Part shown: in pieces, positions 41,165 to 50,834 of the stretch
Position numbering within the stretch: position 1 is the stretch's first letter
How the letters are laid out: each line of letters begins with the position of its first letter
Source: an uncultured Hungatella sp.
Lineage (GTDB): Bacteria; Bacillota; Clostridia; Lachnospirales; Lachnospiraceae
Assembly (NCBI GenBank): GCA_947089145.1
Contig: CAMUJH010000015.1
Coordinates: forward strand, 1,805 to 65,804
Direction of reading: 5' to 3'
DNA length: 64,000 nt
Translations under genes and position numbers: made by a program
Notes under the pieces: model-generated
Databases searched by the model: none
Seen by the model: only the letters and a program-made list of their open reading frames with translations
Told to the model about the DNA's origin: nothing

Positions 41165-42772
41165 ATGGCAAATGCAATAATTTTGGCGGCAGGGAAATCA
41201 AATAGATTTGCTCCGTTCACCTACGAGAAACCGAAAGGATTATTTTGTGTCAAAGGCGAGATTCTTATTGAACGACAAATAGAGCAGCTTAAAGAAGCAG
41301 GAGTAGAGGAAATTTGCATTGTAATCGGATATATGAAAGAAAAATTTTTCTATCTTGAACATAAGTACTCGGGGATTCATCTAATTGTCAATAATGAATT
41401 TGGCAGGAAGGGGAATCTATATACGCTGTATAAGGCTAGAGAGTTCCTTTCAAACACATTTATTTGCTGCGCAGACCACTACTTTGTTTCTAACCCCTTT
41501 CTTTTTTCCAATCCAGAGAATAGATCGTGGCGTGCCTGTGTTTATGAAGCCGGAAAGTTTCAGGAATTTGCAGTTACTGTATCTGATGCGGGGGTCATTA
41601 CTGAGACAAATATTGGTGGCAGAGATTCTCTTGCGCAGGTTGGATGTGCATATATGAATGAAGGATTTAGTGTGCGGTTTTGTTCTTTAATGGAAGCAGA
41701 AATCAATGATTTTGGTGTAGCTTCTATGTTTTGGGAAGAATTCTATGGAAAGCATATTAATCAGCTGACATTTTATTGCCGTAGATTCTCTGATGGATTG
41801 ATCTTTGAATTTGAAAATATTGACGATCTGCGTTCTTTTGACTCAGAATTTTTGTTAAATGTTGACTCAGAAATTATTGGGAATATAACAAAAACAGTTC
41901 ATTGTGAACCAAATGACATAAGCAATATCGCAGTTATTAATGCAGGTTTGACTAATGTTTCTTTTGGCTTTGATGTCGGAAATACTCGTTATGTGTACCG
42001 TCACCCGGGAGGGACAGCAGGAAATCTTATAAATCGTCAGACAGAATATTTTACCCAGATGACGGCAAGAGATATAGGAATAGATAAAAGCGTTATTGAT
42101 ATGTCGCTTGAAGGATGGAAAATCAGTTATTTTGTCCGCAATTCTAAGAATTGCAATTTTGAAGAAGATGAAAATCAACTTGTACGTGGGATGGAAATGC
42201 TCCATATGCTTCATGCTGTCGAAGTACCAGAGTCCGCAGGAGTAAAAATTTTTGATAATGTTGACGAAGCAAAAAAACTCATGGAAATAGCATCCGCAAC
42301 AAAAGGAAACCTTAAAAAAGAGTTTGCATTTTTAATTGAAAAGATTGATCGTTTGTATCCAGCTATTAAAGCAGATGCAAAGCGACTTGGTTACGGCTTA
42401 GTTCTTTGTCATAATGATACATATGAACCGAATTACTTATATGATGATACGGGAGAAATGTTTTTGATTGATTGGGAATATGCTGGCATGAATTATGCAG
42501 CTAATGATATTGGCTGTATTCTGTGCCGTTACGATTGGACAGATGAACAGATAGAGCGATATTTGCGATTTTATGTCGGAGGAGAATTAACACCCGATGA
42601 ACGCCGATTCTATTATGGATTTATTCCCATATCGGCCTTTTATTGGTTTAGTTGGGGATTGTACAAAGGAAGTGTAGGAGATGATGACAGTTTCTTCTTT
42701 CTTCCGGCATATAGAAATCTTATTCGTTTTATTGATCAAGCTTTGGAAAGCTATGATATGGTTAAAGTATAA
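41165..42772 (+). CDS. LicC-like cytidylyltransferase fused to LicA-like choline kinase
   Basis: AIILAAG.S.RF.P...PKGL; C-terminal GLTN, CHND...N, LIDWEYAG. Confidence 0.88.
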   Translation: MANAIILAAGKSNRFAPFTYEKPKGLFCVKGEILIERQIEQLKEAGVEEICIVIGYMKEKFFYLEHKYSGIHLIVNNEFGRKGNLYTLYKAREFLSNTFICCADHYFVSNPFLFSNPENRSWRACVYEAGKFQEFAVTVSDAGVITETNIGGRDSLAQVGCAYMNEGFSVRFCSLMEAEINDFGVASMFWEEFYGKHINQLTFYCRRFSDGLIFEFENIDDLRSFDSEFLLNVDSEIIGNITKTVHCEPNDISNIAVINAGLTNVSFGFDVGNTRYVYRHPGGTAGNLINRQTEYFTQMTARDIGIDKSVIDMSLEGWKISYFVRNSKNCNFEEDENQLVRGMEMLHMLHAVEVPESAGVKIFDNVDEAKKLMEIASATKGNLKKEFAFLIEKIDRLYPAIKADAKRLGYGLVLCHNDTYEPNYLYDDTGEMFLIDWEYAGMNYAANDIGCILCRYDWTDEQIERYLRFYVGGELTPDERRFYYGFIPISAFYWFSWGLYKGSVGDDDSFFFLPAYRNLIRFIDQALESYDMVKV

Positions 42773-42798
42773 GAGATTTATCAGGAGTTAAATATTTT

Positions 42799-44076
42799 AT
42801 GAATATAGGAATTATATTAGCTGGGGGCGCTGGAAAAAGGGTAGGAGCGATAAGGCCGAAACAATTTATTAATGTATTAGGTAAGCCTGTATTGGCGTAT
42901 ACTTGTGAAATTTTTCAAAGAAACGAACGTATTGATGCTATTGAGATTGTCAGTCATTGTGATTGGATTGATTACTGTAGAGAAATGAAGGATAAGTACG
43001 GCTTAAGTAAGGTTTTATGGATCATACCAGGTGGAGAAACCTTTCAGGATTCTGTAATAAATGGTGTGAGACACCTTGAAAGTTTGCTTGGAACAGAGAC
43101 AAGTTTGGATGATAATATTTTCATTCAATATGGAGGTGCTCCTTTTACGAGTCAAAAAATCGTAAATGCGGTTATAGAGATGACAGAGGAAAGAGAAAGT
43201 GCTGTTACAGCTACGCCTTGTTATCAGCTTTTAGCTGAAAGAGATACAGATACAACATCTACAGCTTGGGCTGATCGAGATCGATATATACAAATTGCCT
43301 GTCCTTATGGATTTCGCTTTTCTTATATACTTGGTATTTATAAGAGAGCAGAACAGAGAGGGCTCTTGGAGACAATTGAACCGCATACAACAAGTCTTAT
43401 GTATGCTTTAGGAGAAACTATTAATTATGCTTATGGTGATCAAACAAATATTAAGATTACCACACAAGAGGATATTGCTATGTTTGAGGGGTATATATTG
43501 CAGAAACGGCATTATTCAGATTTAAGAAAGAGTGGAAAAGTTATAGTCCTCTTAGCTGATGGGTTTGAGGATTGTGAGGCGCTGCTAGTGGTTGCCATTC
43601 TTCGAAGAGCAAATATAGATGTCCTTACAGTGTCAATAAGCGAAAATATAGAAGTAGAAAGTTCAAAAAATATTAAGATGTATGCAGATACGCTGATTGA
43701 AAATGTTGATTTTGATTCTGCTGAACTTATTTTTTTGCCTGGCGGGCAAAAAGGGGTTGAAAACCTTGTTAACTGTAAGACGGTTAGGGAACGATGTATA
43801 GAGTTTGCTCAAAATAAACATATTGCTGCTGTATGTGCTGCTCCATCAATTTTGACGTCACTGGGATTACTAAGTGGGAAACATGCTATTTGCCATCCTG
43901 ACTTTAACGATCAGATGAAAGATGTTAAGATGCAGGACGAAAATGTAATAAAAAATGGAAATATCATTACAGGTCGAGGCTTTGGTTCTGTATTTCCATT
44001 AATTTTTGAATTGGTCAAAATCTTTGCAGGAGAAAAAACTGTAAATCGAATTAAGGATGAGTTTTGTTATTATTGA
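42799..44076 (+). CDS. IspD/TarI cytidylyltransferase fused to a DJ-1/PfpI (YajL-like) domain
   Basis: ILAGG.G.R...PKQF, NIKITT.ED; then LADGFEDCE, LPGG, AAVCAAP, IITGRG. Confidence 0.85.
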   Translation: MNIGIILAGGAGKRVGAIRPKQFINVLGKPVLAYTCEIFQRNERIDAIEIVSHCDWIDYCREMKDKYGLSKVLWIIPGGETFQDSVINGVRHLESLLGTETSLDDNIFIQYGGAPFTSQKIVNAVIEMTEERESAVTATPCYQLLAERDTDTTSTAWADRDRYIQIACPYGFRFSYILGIYKRAEQRGLLETIEPHTTSLMYALGETINYAYGDQTNIKITTQEDIAMFEGYILQKRHYSDLRKSGKVIVLLADGFEDCEALLVVAILRRANIDVLTVSISENIEVESSKNIKMYADTLIENVDFDSAELIFLPGGQKGVENLVNCKTVRERCIEFAQNKHIAAVCAAPSILTSLGLLSGKHAICHPDFNDQMKDVKMQDENVIKNGNIITGRGFGSVFPLIFELVKIFAGEKTVNRIKDEFCYY

Positions 44077-44197
44077 TTAAACTTGAAAAATATGGCGTTT
44101 GTTTTGCATCAAAACCATCAGCTTGATAATTGCGATGACCTTTTTGTATTTTCGAGCCAAGGTATTGTAGGAATATCAAAAATTCGCCCATTTCCTG

Positions 44198-44293
44198 TTG
44201 ACAAATCCCCCGCCCGCTGTTATATTTGACACGTAGACAAGGACGTTACAAGGACAGCCATTGGTTACAATGGCTCTCTTGAACGTCCTTTTT
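44198..44293 (+). promoter_or_regulatory. glnA promoter and ANTAR-type leader terminator
   Basis: TTGACA-17-TATATT; GAC-AAGGAC-GTT hexaloop overlaps the terminator AAGGACGTT...AACGTCCTT followed by TTT. Confidence 0.7.
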
Positions 44294-44365
44294 GCATAAG
44301 CGCCATCGGCTTGACAGTTATTGATGATTTATAATATCATGTAAGAGAATAAAAGGAGATGTAAC

Positions 44366-45703
44366 ATGGGAAGGTACAGCAGGGAAGACATTATTCGTAT
44401 GGTGGAGGAGGAGGACGTGGAGTTTATCAGGCTTCAGTTTACGGATATCTTCGGTATGCTGAAGAATGTGGCGATCACGGCGGGGCAGCTGGAAAAAGCC
44501 CTGGATAACCGCTGCATGTTTGACGGGTCTGCCATAGAGGGCTTTGTGCGGAAAGAGGAAACGGACATGTATCTGTATCCGGATCTGGATACGTTTGAGA
44601 TATTTCCGTGGCGTCCCCAGCAGGGCAAGGTGGCCAGGCTCATCTGTGACGTCCACTGCCCTGACGGGAGCCAGTTTGAGGGAGATCCCAGATATGTGCT
44701 GAAGAAAGTGCTGAAAGAGGCTGAGGACATGGGGTATCGGTTTAATGTAAGGCCGGAGTGCGAGTTCTTTCTGTTCCACATGGACGAGGAAGGACAGCCT
44801 ACCACTACCACTCATGAGACAGCGGGATATTTTGACGTGGGGCCTATTGATCTGGCTGAAAATGTCCGCAGGGATATTGTGCTGAATCTGGAGGAAATGG
44901 GATTTGACATTGAATCTTCCCACCATGAAATTGCGCCGGGCCAGCACGAGGTGGATTTTCAGTACGAGACAGGGCTTAAGGCGGCTGACAACATTCTGAC
45001 GTTTAAAATGGCGGTGAAAACCATTGCCAAGCGGCACGGCCTTCACGCTACCTTTATGCCCAAGCCTAAGGCCGGGGTCAACGGATCAGGCATGCATATC
45101 AGCATGTCTTTGGAGGACATGGAAGGCAGCAATGTGTTTGCAGATGCAGAGGATGTCCACGGATTAAGCAGGATCGGCTATCAGTTTATGGCAGGGATTC
45201 TCTGTCACATCCGTCCTATGACTATTTTGACCAATCCGCTGGTGAATTCTTATAAAAGGCTGATCCCGGGGTATGACGCACCGACCCATATTGCCTGGTC
45301 AACAGCTTCCAACAGGGGGCAGCTTATTCGGATACCTACCTCCAGAGACGCCAGTACCAGGATTGAACTGCGCAGCCCGGATTCTGCCATGAACCCCTAC
45401 CTGGCCCTGGCGGCCTGCCTGGCTGCAGGATTAGACGGCATCAAGAAAAATATGATCCACCCCCGCGCCATCAGCCGGAATGTGATGACTATGACAGAAG
45501 AAGAGCTTATGGAGCAGGGGATTGTCCAGCTGCCGGAGACTCTGGGGGAAGCCATCGAGGAGTTTGCCGGGGACCCCTTTTTGAAAGAAGTATTGGGAAA
45601 ACATATTTACAGCAAATATTTGGCAGCAAAAAAAGAGGAGTGGAACGAGTTCCGCTCCCAGGTAACGGACTGGGAGATTGGACAGTATCTGTATAAGTTC
45701 TGA
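44366..45703 (+). CDS. glnA: Glutamine synthetase type I
   Basis: RLQFTD, FDGS, HHE..PGQHE, TFMPKP, NGSGMH, NSYKRL.PG, RIELR. Confidence 0.95.
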   Translation: MGRYSREDIIRMVEEEDVEFIRLQFTDIFGMLKNVAITAGQLEKALDNRCMFDGSAIEGFVRKEETDMYLYPDLDTFEIFPWRPQQGKVARLICDVHCPDGSQFEGDPRYVLKKVLKEAEDMGYRFNVRPECEFFLFHMDEEGQPTTTTHETAGYFDVGPIDLAENVRRDIVLNLEEMGFDIESSHHEIAPGQHEVDFQYETGLKAADNILTFKMAVKTIAKRHGLHATFMPKPKAGVNGSGMHISMSLEDMEGSNVFADAEDVHGLSRIGYQFMAGILCHIRPMTILTNPLVNSYKRLIPGYDAPTHIAWSTASNRGQLIRIPTSRDASTRIELRSPDSAMNPYLALAACLAAGLDGIKKNMIHPRAISRNVMTMTEEELMEQGIVQLPETLGEAIEEFAGDPFLKEVLGKHIYSKYLAAKKEEWNEFRSQVTDWEIGQYLYKF

Positions 45704-45746
45704 TAAAAAGGGCAGATCTCTGCTTACAGGCCTGGAGGTGGGACGT

Positions 45747-46295
45747 GTGACCAATATCGTCGTAGCATTTTCGAAACAGGGGGATGCCCAAAATATAAAG
45801 AATATTCTTATGCGCAACGGGTTTCAGGTAGTCGCAGTCTGTACCTCAGGCGGGCAGGCCCTCAGCAGCCTGGAAGATTTAAACAGCGGAATCATAGTCA
45901 GCGGTTACCTCTTTGGCGACATGATGTATCAGGAGATCAGGGACTGCATGCCAATGGGATTTGACATGCTTCTGGTGGCTTCTCCCAGCCGGTTTGGAGG
46001 CGGAATGCCCCAGGACATGGTGTGCCTTCCAATGCCCCTTAAGGTCCATGATCTGGTAAGCACGCTGGAAATGATGTGCAGAAGCCAGATAAAAAAGAAA
46101 CGGAGAATGGGCAGGGAATCCGGTCAGAGAAGCGAAAGGGAAACCCGGCTTATTGAAAAGGCTAAAGAACTCCTTATGGAGAGGAACAATATGTCAGAGA
46201 CAGAGGCGCACCGGTACATACAGAAATGCAGTATGGACAGCGGAACCAACATGGTGGAAACGGCACAGATGGTTATCAGCCTTATTGATACATGA
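45747..46295 (+). CDS. ANTAR-domain antiterminator (NitR/AmiR-like) with pseudo-receiver domain
   Basis: C-terminal IEKAKELLM.....E.EAHRYIQK.SMD; GGAGG RBS before GTG 45747. Confidence 0.88.
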   Translation: MTNIVVAFSKQGDAQNIKNILMRNGFQVVAVCTSGGQALSSLEDLNSGIIVSGYLFGDMMYQEIRDCMPMGFDMLLVASPSRFGGGMPQDMVCLPMPLKVHDLVSTLEMMCRSQIKKKRRMGRESGQRSERETRLIEKAKELLMERNNMSETEAHRYIQKCSMDSGTNMVETAQMVISLIDT

Positions 46296-46314
46296 ATCAG
46301 ACGGAGGAGATTGT

Positions 46315-47121
46315 ATGAAGTTTACAAAGATGCAGGGGGCAGGCAATGATTATGTGTATGTCAACTGCTTCGAGGAGAAGGTGGAGGCCCCTGAAAGAAC
46401 AGCGGTTTTTATCAGTGACAGACATTTTGGCATAGGGGCAGACGGGCTGGTGCTTATCTGTCCGTCAAAAACAGCGGACGTGAAGATGCGCATGTTCAAT
46501 GCGGATGGTTCTGAAGGAGCCATGTGCGGAAATGCCATCCGCTGCGTAGGGAAATACGTTTATGATCACGGGCTGGCTAGGAAGAACAGGCTGACAGTGG
46601 AGACTCTGGGAGGGACAAAGGAGCTGGAACTGGAGATCCGGGAAGGAAAAGTGGTTCAGGCAACGGTAGACATGGGAGTGCCCCAGGTGACCAGCGCCGC
46701 AGTTCCCGAGGATATCTGCGTCAAAGGGAAAGCGGATCAGTTTGTGGGGATTTCTGTGGGAAATCCCCATGCAGTTTACTTTCGGGATCAGATTGACTGC
46801 CTGAATCTGGAGGAAATCGGGCCTTATTATGAGAACCACGTCCGGTTTCCGGACAGGGTCAATTCGGAGTTCGTGCAGGTGGTGGATCGGAGCCATATCC
46901 GCATGCGTGTGTGGGAGCGGGGAAGCGGGGAGACATGGGCCTGCGGCACAGGGGCTACAGCCAGCGCAGCGGCTTCCATACTTATGGGATATACGGATAA
47001 CGTAGTAAAGGTATCTCTGCGGGGCGGAGATTTAAAGATTGCCTGGAACCGGGAAACAGGACATGCATTTATGACAGGGCCGGCGGTGGAGGTATTCTGC
47101 GGAGAGATTGATATAGATTAA
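46315..47121 (+). CDS. dapF: Diaminopimelate epimerase
   Basis: FTKMQGAGND, MCGN, GNPH, ERGSGETWACGTG. Confidence 0.95.
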   Translation: MKFTKMQGAGNDYVYVNCFEEKVEAPERTAVFISDRHFGIGADGLVLICPSKTADVKMRMFNADGSEGAMCGNAIRCVGKYVYDHGLARKNRLTVETLGGTKELELEIREGKVVQATVDMGVPQVTSAAVPEDICVKGKADQFVGISVGNPHAVYFRDQIDCLNLEEIGPYYENHVRFPDRVNSEFVQVVDRSHIRMRVWERGSGETWACGTGATASAAASILMGYTDNVVKVSLRGGDLKIAWNRETGHAFMTGPAVEVFCGEIDID

Positions 47122-47136
47122 AGGAGGAGCAAGGAA

Positions 47137-48363
47137 ATGTTTCAGGTCAATGAAAATTATTTGAAATTGCCGGGAAGCTATCTGTTTTCCACGATTGCAA
47201 AGAAGGTAAACGCCTATGAAAAGGCAAATCCGGATAAACGGATCATACGGCTGGGCATTGGAGACGTAACCCAGCCTCTGGTTCCGGCTATTATCCGGGC
47301 CATGCATGAGGCAGTGGATGAAATGGGGAACGCAGAATCGTTCCGCGGATATGCGCCGGATTTGGGGTATGGCTTTTTGCGGGAAAAAATTGCCCAAAAG
47401 GATTACCGGGCCAGAGGATGTGATATTAGCGCTGACGAGATTTTTATATCCGATGGGGCAAAGAGCGACTGCGGGAATATTCAGGAGATCTTTTCCCAAG
47501 ACTGCCGCATCGCAGTGTGCGACCCTGTGTATCCGGTGTATGTGGACTCCAACGTAATGGCAGGAAGGTGCGGGGACTATGATAAAGTCCGGGGATTGTG
47601 GAGCAATGTGATTTATATGCCATGTACGGCGGAAAATGATTTCGTGCCGGAACTTCCAAGGGAAACTCCGGATTTGATCTATCTGTGCGTGCCCAATAAT
47701 CCAACGGGGACAGCTCTCACAAGGCAGCAGCTGAAGGTCTGGGTGGATTACGCCAACAAAACGGGGGCTGTGATTTTGTATGACGCCGCTTATGAGGCAT
47801 ACATTGCACAGGAAGAGGTCCCCCACAGTATTTTTGAGATCCAGGGAGCGAGAACCTGTGCCATTGAATTCCGATCCTTTTCGAAAAATGCGGGCTTTAC
47901 AGGTGTACGGCTGGGGTTTACGGTGATACCCAAAGACTTAAAAAGCGGGGATGTGGCGGTTCACGGGCTGTGGGCGAGAAGACATGGAACCAAGTTTAAC
48001 GGGGCTCCGTACATTGTGCAGAAAGCGGCTATGGCCGTGTACTCTGATGAGGGGAAGGCCCAGCTGAAGGGGCAGGTGGCCTATTATATGAAGAACGCCA
48101 AAGTGATTTATGAAGGGCTTAAGAAGGCGGGATACCAGGTATATGGAGGAGTGAACGCACCCTATATCTGGCTGAAGACGCCGGATGGAATGAGTTCCTG
48201 GGACTTCTTTGACTGGCTTTTGGAACATGCAAATGTGGTAGGAACGCCGGGAAGCGGGTTTGGGCCCAGCGGGGAAGGATATTTCAGGCTGACGGCTTTC
48301 GGGACTTATGAAAATACGGCAGAGGCTATGGAGAGGATAAGGGAGAGCAGAGAGGGATTTTAA
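47137..48363 (+). CDS. dapL: LL-diaminopimelate aminotransferase
   Basis: [37 protein letters not shown]. Confidence 0.93.
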   Translation: MFQVNENYLKLPGSYLFSTIAKKVNAYEKANPDKRIIRLGIGDVTQPLVPAIIRAMHEAVDEMGNAESFRGYAPDLGYGFLREKIAQKDYRARGCDISADEIFISDGAKSDCGNIQEIFSQDCRIAVCDPVYPVYVDSNVMAGRCGDYDKVRGLWSNVIYMPCTAENDFVPELPRETPDLIYLCVPNNPTGTALTRQQLKVWVDYANKTGAVILYDAAYEAYIAQEEVPHSIFEIQGARTCAIEFRSFSKNAGFTGVRLGFTVIPKDLKSGDVAVHGLWARRHGTKFNGAPYIVQKAAMAVYSDEGKAQLKGQVAYYMKNAKVIYEGLKKAGYQVYGGVNAPYIWLKTPDGMSSWDFFDWLLEHANVVGTPGSGFGPSGEGYFRLTAFGTYENTAEAMERIRESREGF

Positions 48364-48414
48364 AGGGAATCTTGTCAAGGCTCTGTAAGAGATAACCATC
48401 TTTGATGAGTTTCG

Positions 48415-48450
48415 GGAACCTGTACCTATTTTTCCCCTGGTACAGGTTCC
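48415..48450. terminator. Stem-loop between convergent genes
   Basis: GGAACCTGTACC-loop-GGTACAGGTTCC. Confidence 0.65.
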
Positions 48451-48471
48451 ATTTGGTTTATCTTGTTTCAT

Positions 48472-48702
48472 TTATTCCTGGGTCGGTGCAATCACTATTT
48501 TGCATTTTATACAATAATAGGCTTTTGCTTTATAGCCGTGTGCCTTTAACGGCCGAAACTGATTTCTAAGGGGAACCGCGTCTTTTGCTGCTGTAAAAGA
48601 GAATATGGATGGTCTTTTGCCATCTGGCAGCCATTGGAGTGGCTGTGACCAGTTGGGGATATATCCCAACTGCATTTTCTTCTGACAGTACGGGCAATTC
48701 AT
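48472..48702 (-). CDS. Small Zn-binding hypothetical protein (PF20097-like)
   Basis: MNCPYC..M.LGYI...AYYCIKC; GGAGG RBS. Confidence 0.75.
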   Translation of the reverse strand: MNCPYCQKKMQLGYIPNWSQPLQWLPDGKRPSIFSFTAAKDAVPLRNQFRPLKAHGYKAKAYYCIKCKIVIAPTQE

Positions 48703-48734
48703 AATCTTTACCTCCAATCAATCTTAAATTGCGG

Positions 48735-49754
48735 TCATATCCGATTTCGTCCGGCGCGCACCTGGATCAGCTGGGCAGTGATGCTGACAGCGATCTCGGC
48801 GGGAGTCTCGGAACCGATGTTAAGGCCAATGGGAGTCGTGATGCGGCTGAAATCCTCATCGGTGAAGCCCTGCTTGCGGAGCATGGCGCATACGCCGGCG
48901 GTTTTCCGCGCGCTGCCTATGACGCCGATGTAGTGGGCCGGAGTCCGCAGTGCCTGGGCCTGAATAAGGGCATCGTCTTTGTGGCCCCGGGTCATGATGA
49001 CAATGTAGTCGTCTTCACGGACAGTAATGAAATCATCAATTCGGGTGGTATCGATGAGGACAGTCTGTTCTGCGCCTGGAAAAAGCTCCTTTCGGCAGAA
49101 GTCCTCTCTGTCTTCTAAAACGATGCAGCGGAAATCTACGGCGGATAAGGCGGGAACCAGTGCCTGGGCCACATGGCCGCCGCCGAATATATAAACCATG
49201 CCTGCCTGAATGAGTTTTTCACAGTAGTAAAGATTTGGGCCGTCTTGATGCTGGGCAGGTCTGGAACCCAGCCGGGGGATAATGCCGGAAGGGATGTCCA
49301 TGCCGAAAAGACCGGATTTTTTGCTGTATACGGCAAGCCCTCCCAAATGTCCCTGGGTAATGTCTGTAATAAGCCAGGACTGTTCTCCTTTGGAATACAG
49401 GGACTCAATATGTTCTGTCAGGGCAAGGCAATTGGGATCGCCGGCGGGAATGTATTGGAAGTAAATGTTTACATCTCCGCCGCAGATCATGCCCAGATCC
49501 TCAACCTGGTTCTTGTGGAGCTGAAAATACTCCAGACGGGAATTTTTCTGCCGGAGGACGGTCTGGGCCAGCTGCTGGCTACGGTATTCAACGGCGCCGC
49601 CGCCGATGGTTCCGGCAAGGCGCCCCTCTTTTGTAATCAGCATGCGGGCTCCGACGCCGCGGGGGGTGGAACCGCTGCTGGCAACAACCGTGACCAGTAC
49701 GGCGTCCTGGTTTTGGGACAGGGCGTTGTGCAATAATTGGAATAGGTTTCTCAT
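48735..49754 (-). CDS. XdhC/CoxI family molybdenum-hydroxylase accessory protein
   Basis: GSTPR, GTIGGG, MICGG, FGGGHV, YIGVIGS, PIGL.IG.ETP.EIA. Confidence 0.92.
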   Translation of the reverse strand: MRNLFQLLHNALSQNQDAVLVTVVASSGSTPRGVGARMLITKEGRLAGTIGGGAVEYRSQQLAQTVLRQKNSRLEYFQLHKNQVEDLGMICGGDVNIYFQYIPAGDPNCLALTEHIESLYSKGEQSWLITDITQGHLGGLAVYSKKSGLFGMDIPSGIIPRLGSRPAQHQDGPNLYYCEKLIQAGMVYIFGGGHVAQALVPALSAVDFRCIVLEDREDFCRKELFPGAEQTVLIDTTRIDDFITVREDDYIVIMTRGHKDDALIQAQALRTPAHYIGVIGSARKTAGVCAMLRKQGFTDEDFSRITTPIGLNIGSETPAEIAVSITAQLIQVRAGRNRI

Positions 49755-49776
49755 GATATTGGCTCCTTTTCGGAAA

Positions 49777-50430
49777 TTATGGTGATGCTATGCCCAGTAT
49801 TCCGGGAATTTCGGTTAAACTGGCAATTTCATAGTGGGCCAGGGAACGGTCAAAGCCAAAACGGTTGTCAATAAGGGCGGCTATGGTCATTCCGGCCCTG
49901 GAAGCGGCGGTGATGCCCAGGGTGGAGTCCTCGATCACCAGACATTGGCTTTCTGGAGTGCCAAGACGGGCGGCGGTGTAGTGGTAGATCTCCGGGTTTG
50001 GCTTGCTCTGTTTGAACTGATCTCCGGTTACGATAACCTGGAAGTAATGGGTTATCTGGTTTTCGGAGAGTACCCGCCGGATAATATCCATTTGGGTGGA
50101 AGAGGCCAGGGCTATGGAGTAGTTATGGGATTTCAGGGTTTCCAGAACCGGTACGGCCTCAGGGCGGAAGATGGCCCGGTAGTCTACCTGTGAGAATACG
50201 TCTATGGAGGCCCGGTATTCGCTGCGCAGTTCCTGCCATGTCTGCCCGTTGTCTATGGCCTGGGCCATAATGCGCCATGCGGGCTCTTTGGAGGCGCCTA
50301 CCATGCCGTAGAGCTGATCAATGGTGACATTGGGGTTTTTGGAGCGGGCGAAGGCCAGATCGTATTGAAGATAGCAGATTTCACTGTCGATCAGGACGCC
50401 GTCCATGTCGAAAATAACGGATTTTATCAT
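49777..50430 (-). CDS. HAD family phosphatase
   Basis: IFDMDGVLIDSE, KPNPEIY, IEDS; probable start 50430 (the longer ORF reads through the repeat). Confidence 0.9.
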   Translation of the reverse strand: MIKSVIFDMDGVLIDSEICYLQYDLAFARSKNPNVTIDQLYGMVGASKEPAWRIMAQAIDNGQTWQELRSEYRASIDVFSQVDYRAIFRPEAVPVLETLKSHNYSIALASSTQMDIIRRVLSENQITHYFQVIVTGDQFKQSKPNPEIYHYTAARLGTPESQCLVIEDSTLGITAASRAGMTIAALIDNRFGFDRSLAHYEIASLTEIPGILGIASP

Positions 50431-50500
50431 AGTGGGTTCCTGGTATTGTGGGATACCTTGTCCTTTCGATTGAATGGTATGGGGGGGCGGGGTGATGCTG

Positions 50501-50657
50501 CGCGGGGCGGTGGCTTTGCGGGGATGGCTCGACGCCGTGGGGCGGCATCTTTGCGGGACGGCTCGACGCCGCGGGGCGGCATCTTTGCGGGACGGCTCGA
50601 CGCCGCGGGGGCGGCATCTTTGCGGGACGGCTCGACGCCGCGGGGCGGCATCTTTGC
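50501..50657. repeat. GC-rich 34-35 bp tandem repeat, about 4.5 copies
   Basis: Unit CGCGGGGCGGCATCTTTGCGGGACGGCTCGACGC at about 50501, 50536, 50570, 50604 and partial at 50639; no spacers. Confidence 0.9.
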
Positions 50658-50744
50658 AAGGGCGGATGCTGTGTTGGCGGCCGTGACTCCGCAGTGCCGC
50701 TCGATTCCGCTGCGCTCCATCTCGCTCAACGGGCTTCGCCCTAT

Positions 50745-50809
50745 GAAAAAACGGAATCAGGAAGCTGCTTACGTGCAAGCACGACGCAGCTTCCTGATTC
50801 CGTTTTTTC
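50745..50809. repeat. Perfect 24-bp inverted repeat
   Basis: GAAAAAACGGAATCAGGAAGCTGC / GCAGCTTCCTGATTCCGTTTTTTC with inner CGTGC-AA-GCACG. Confidence 0.9.
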
Positions 50810-50834
50810 GCACTGCTCATTGCCTACGTGTACA

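Noticed and set aside
50501-50657. CRISPR array
   Set aside because: Units are head-to-tail with no unique spacers, and no cas genes are present
50431-50820. 130-aa N-terminal extension of the HAD phosphatase and the overlapping ORFs
   Set aside because: They are translations of the GC-rich repeat; the HAD motif begins at Met 50430
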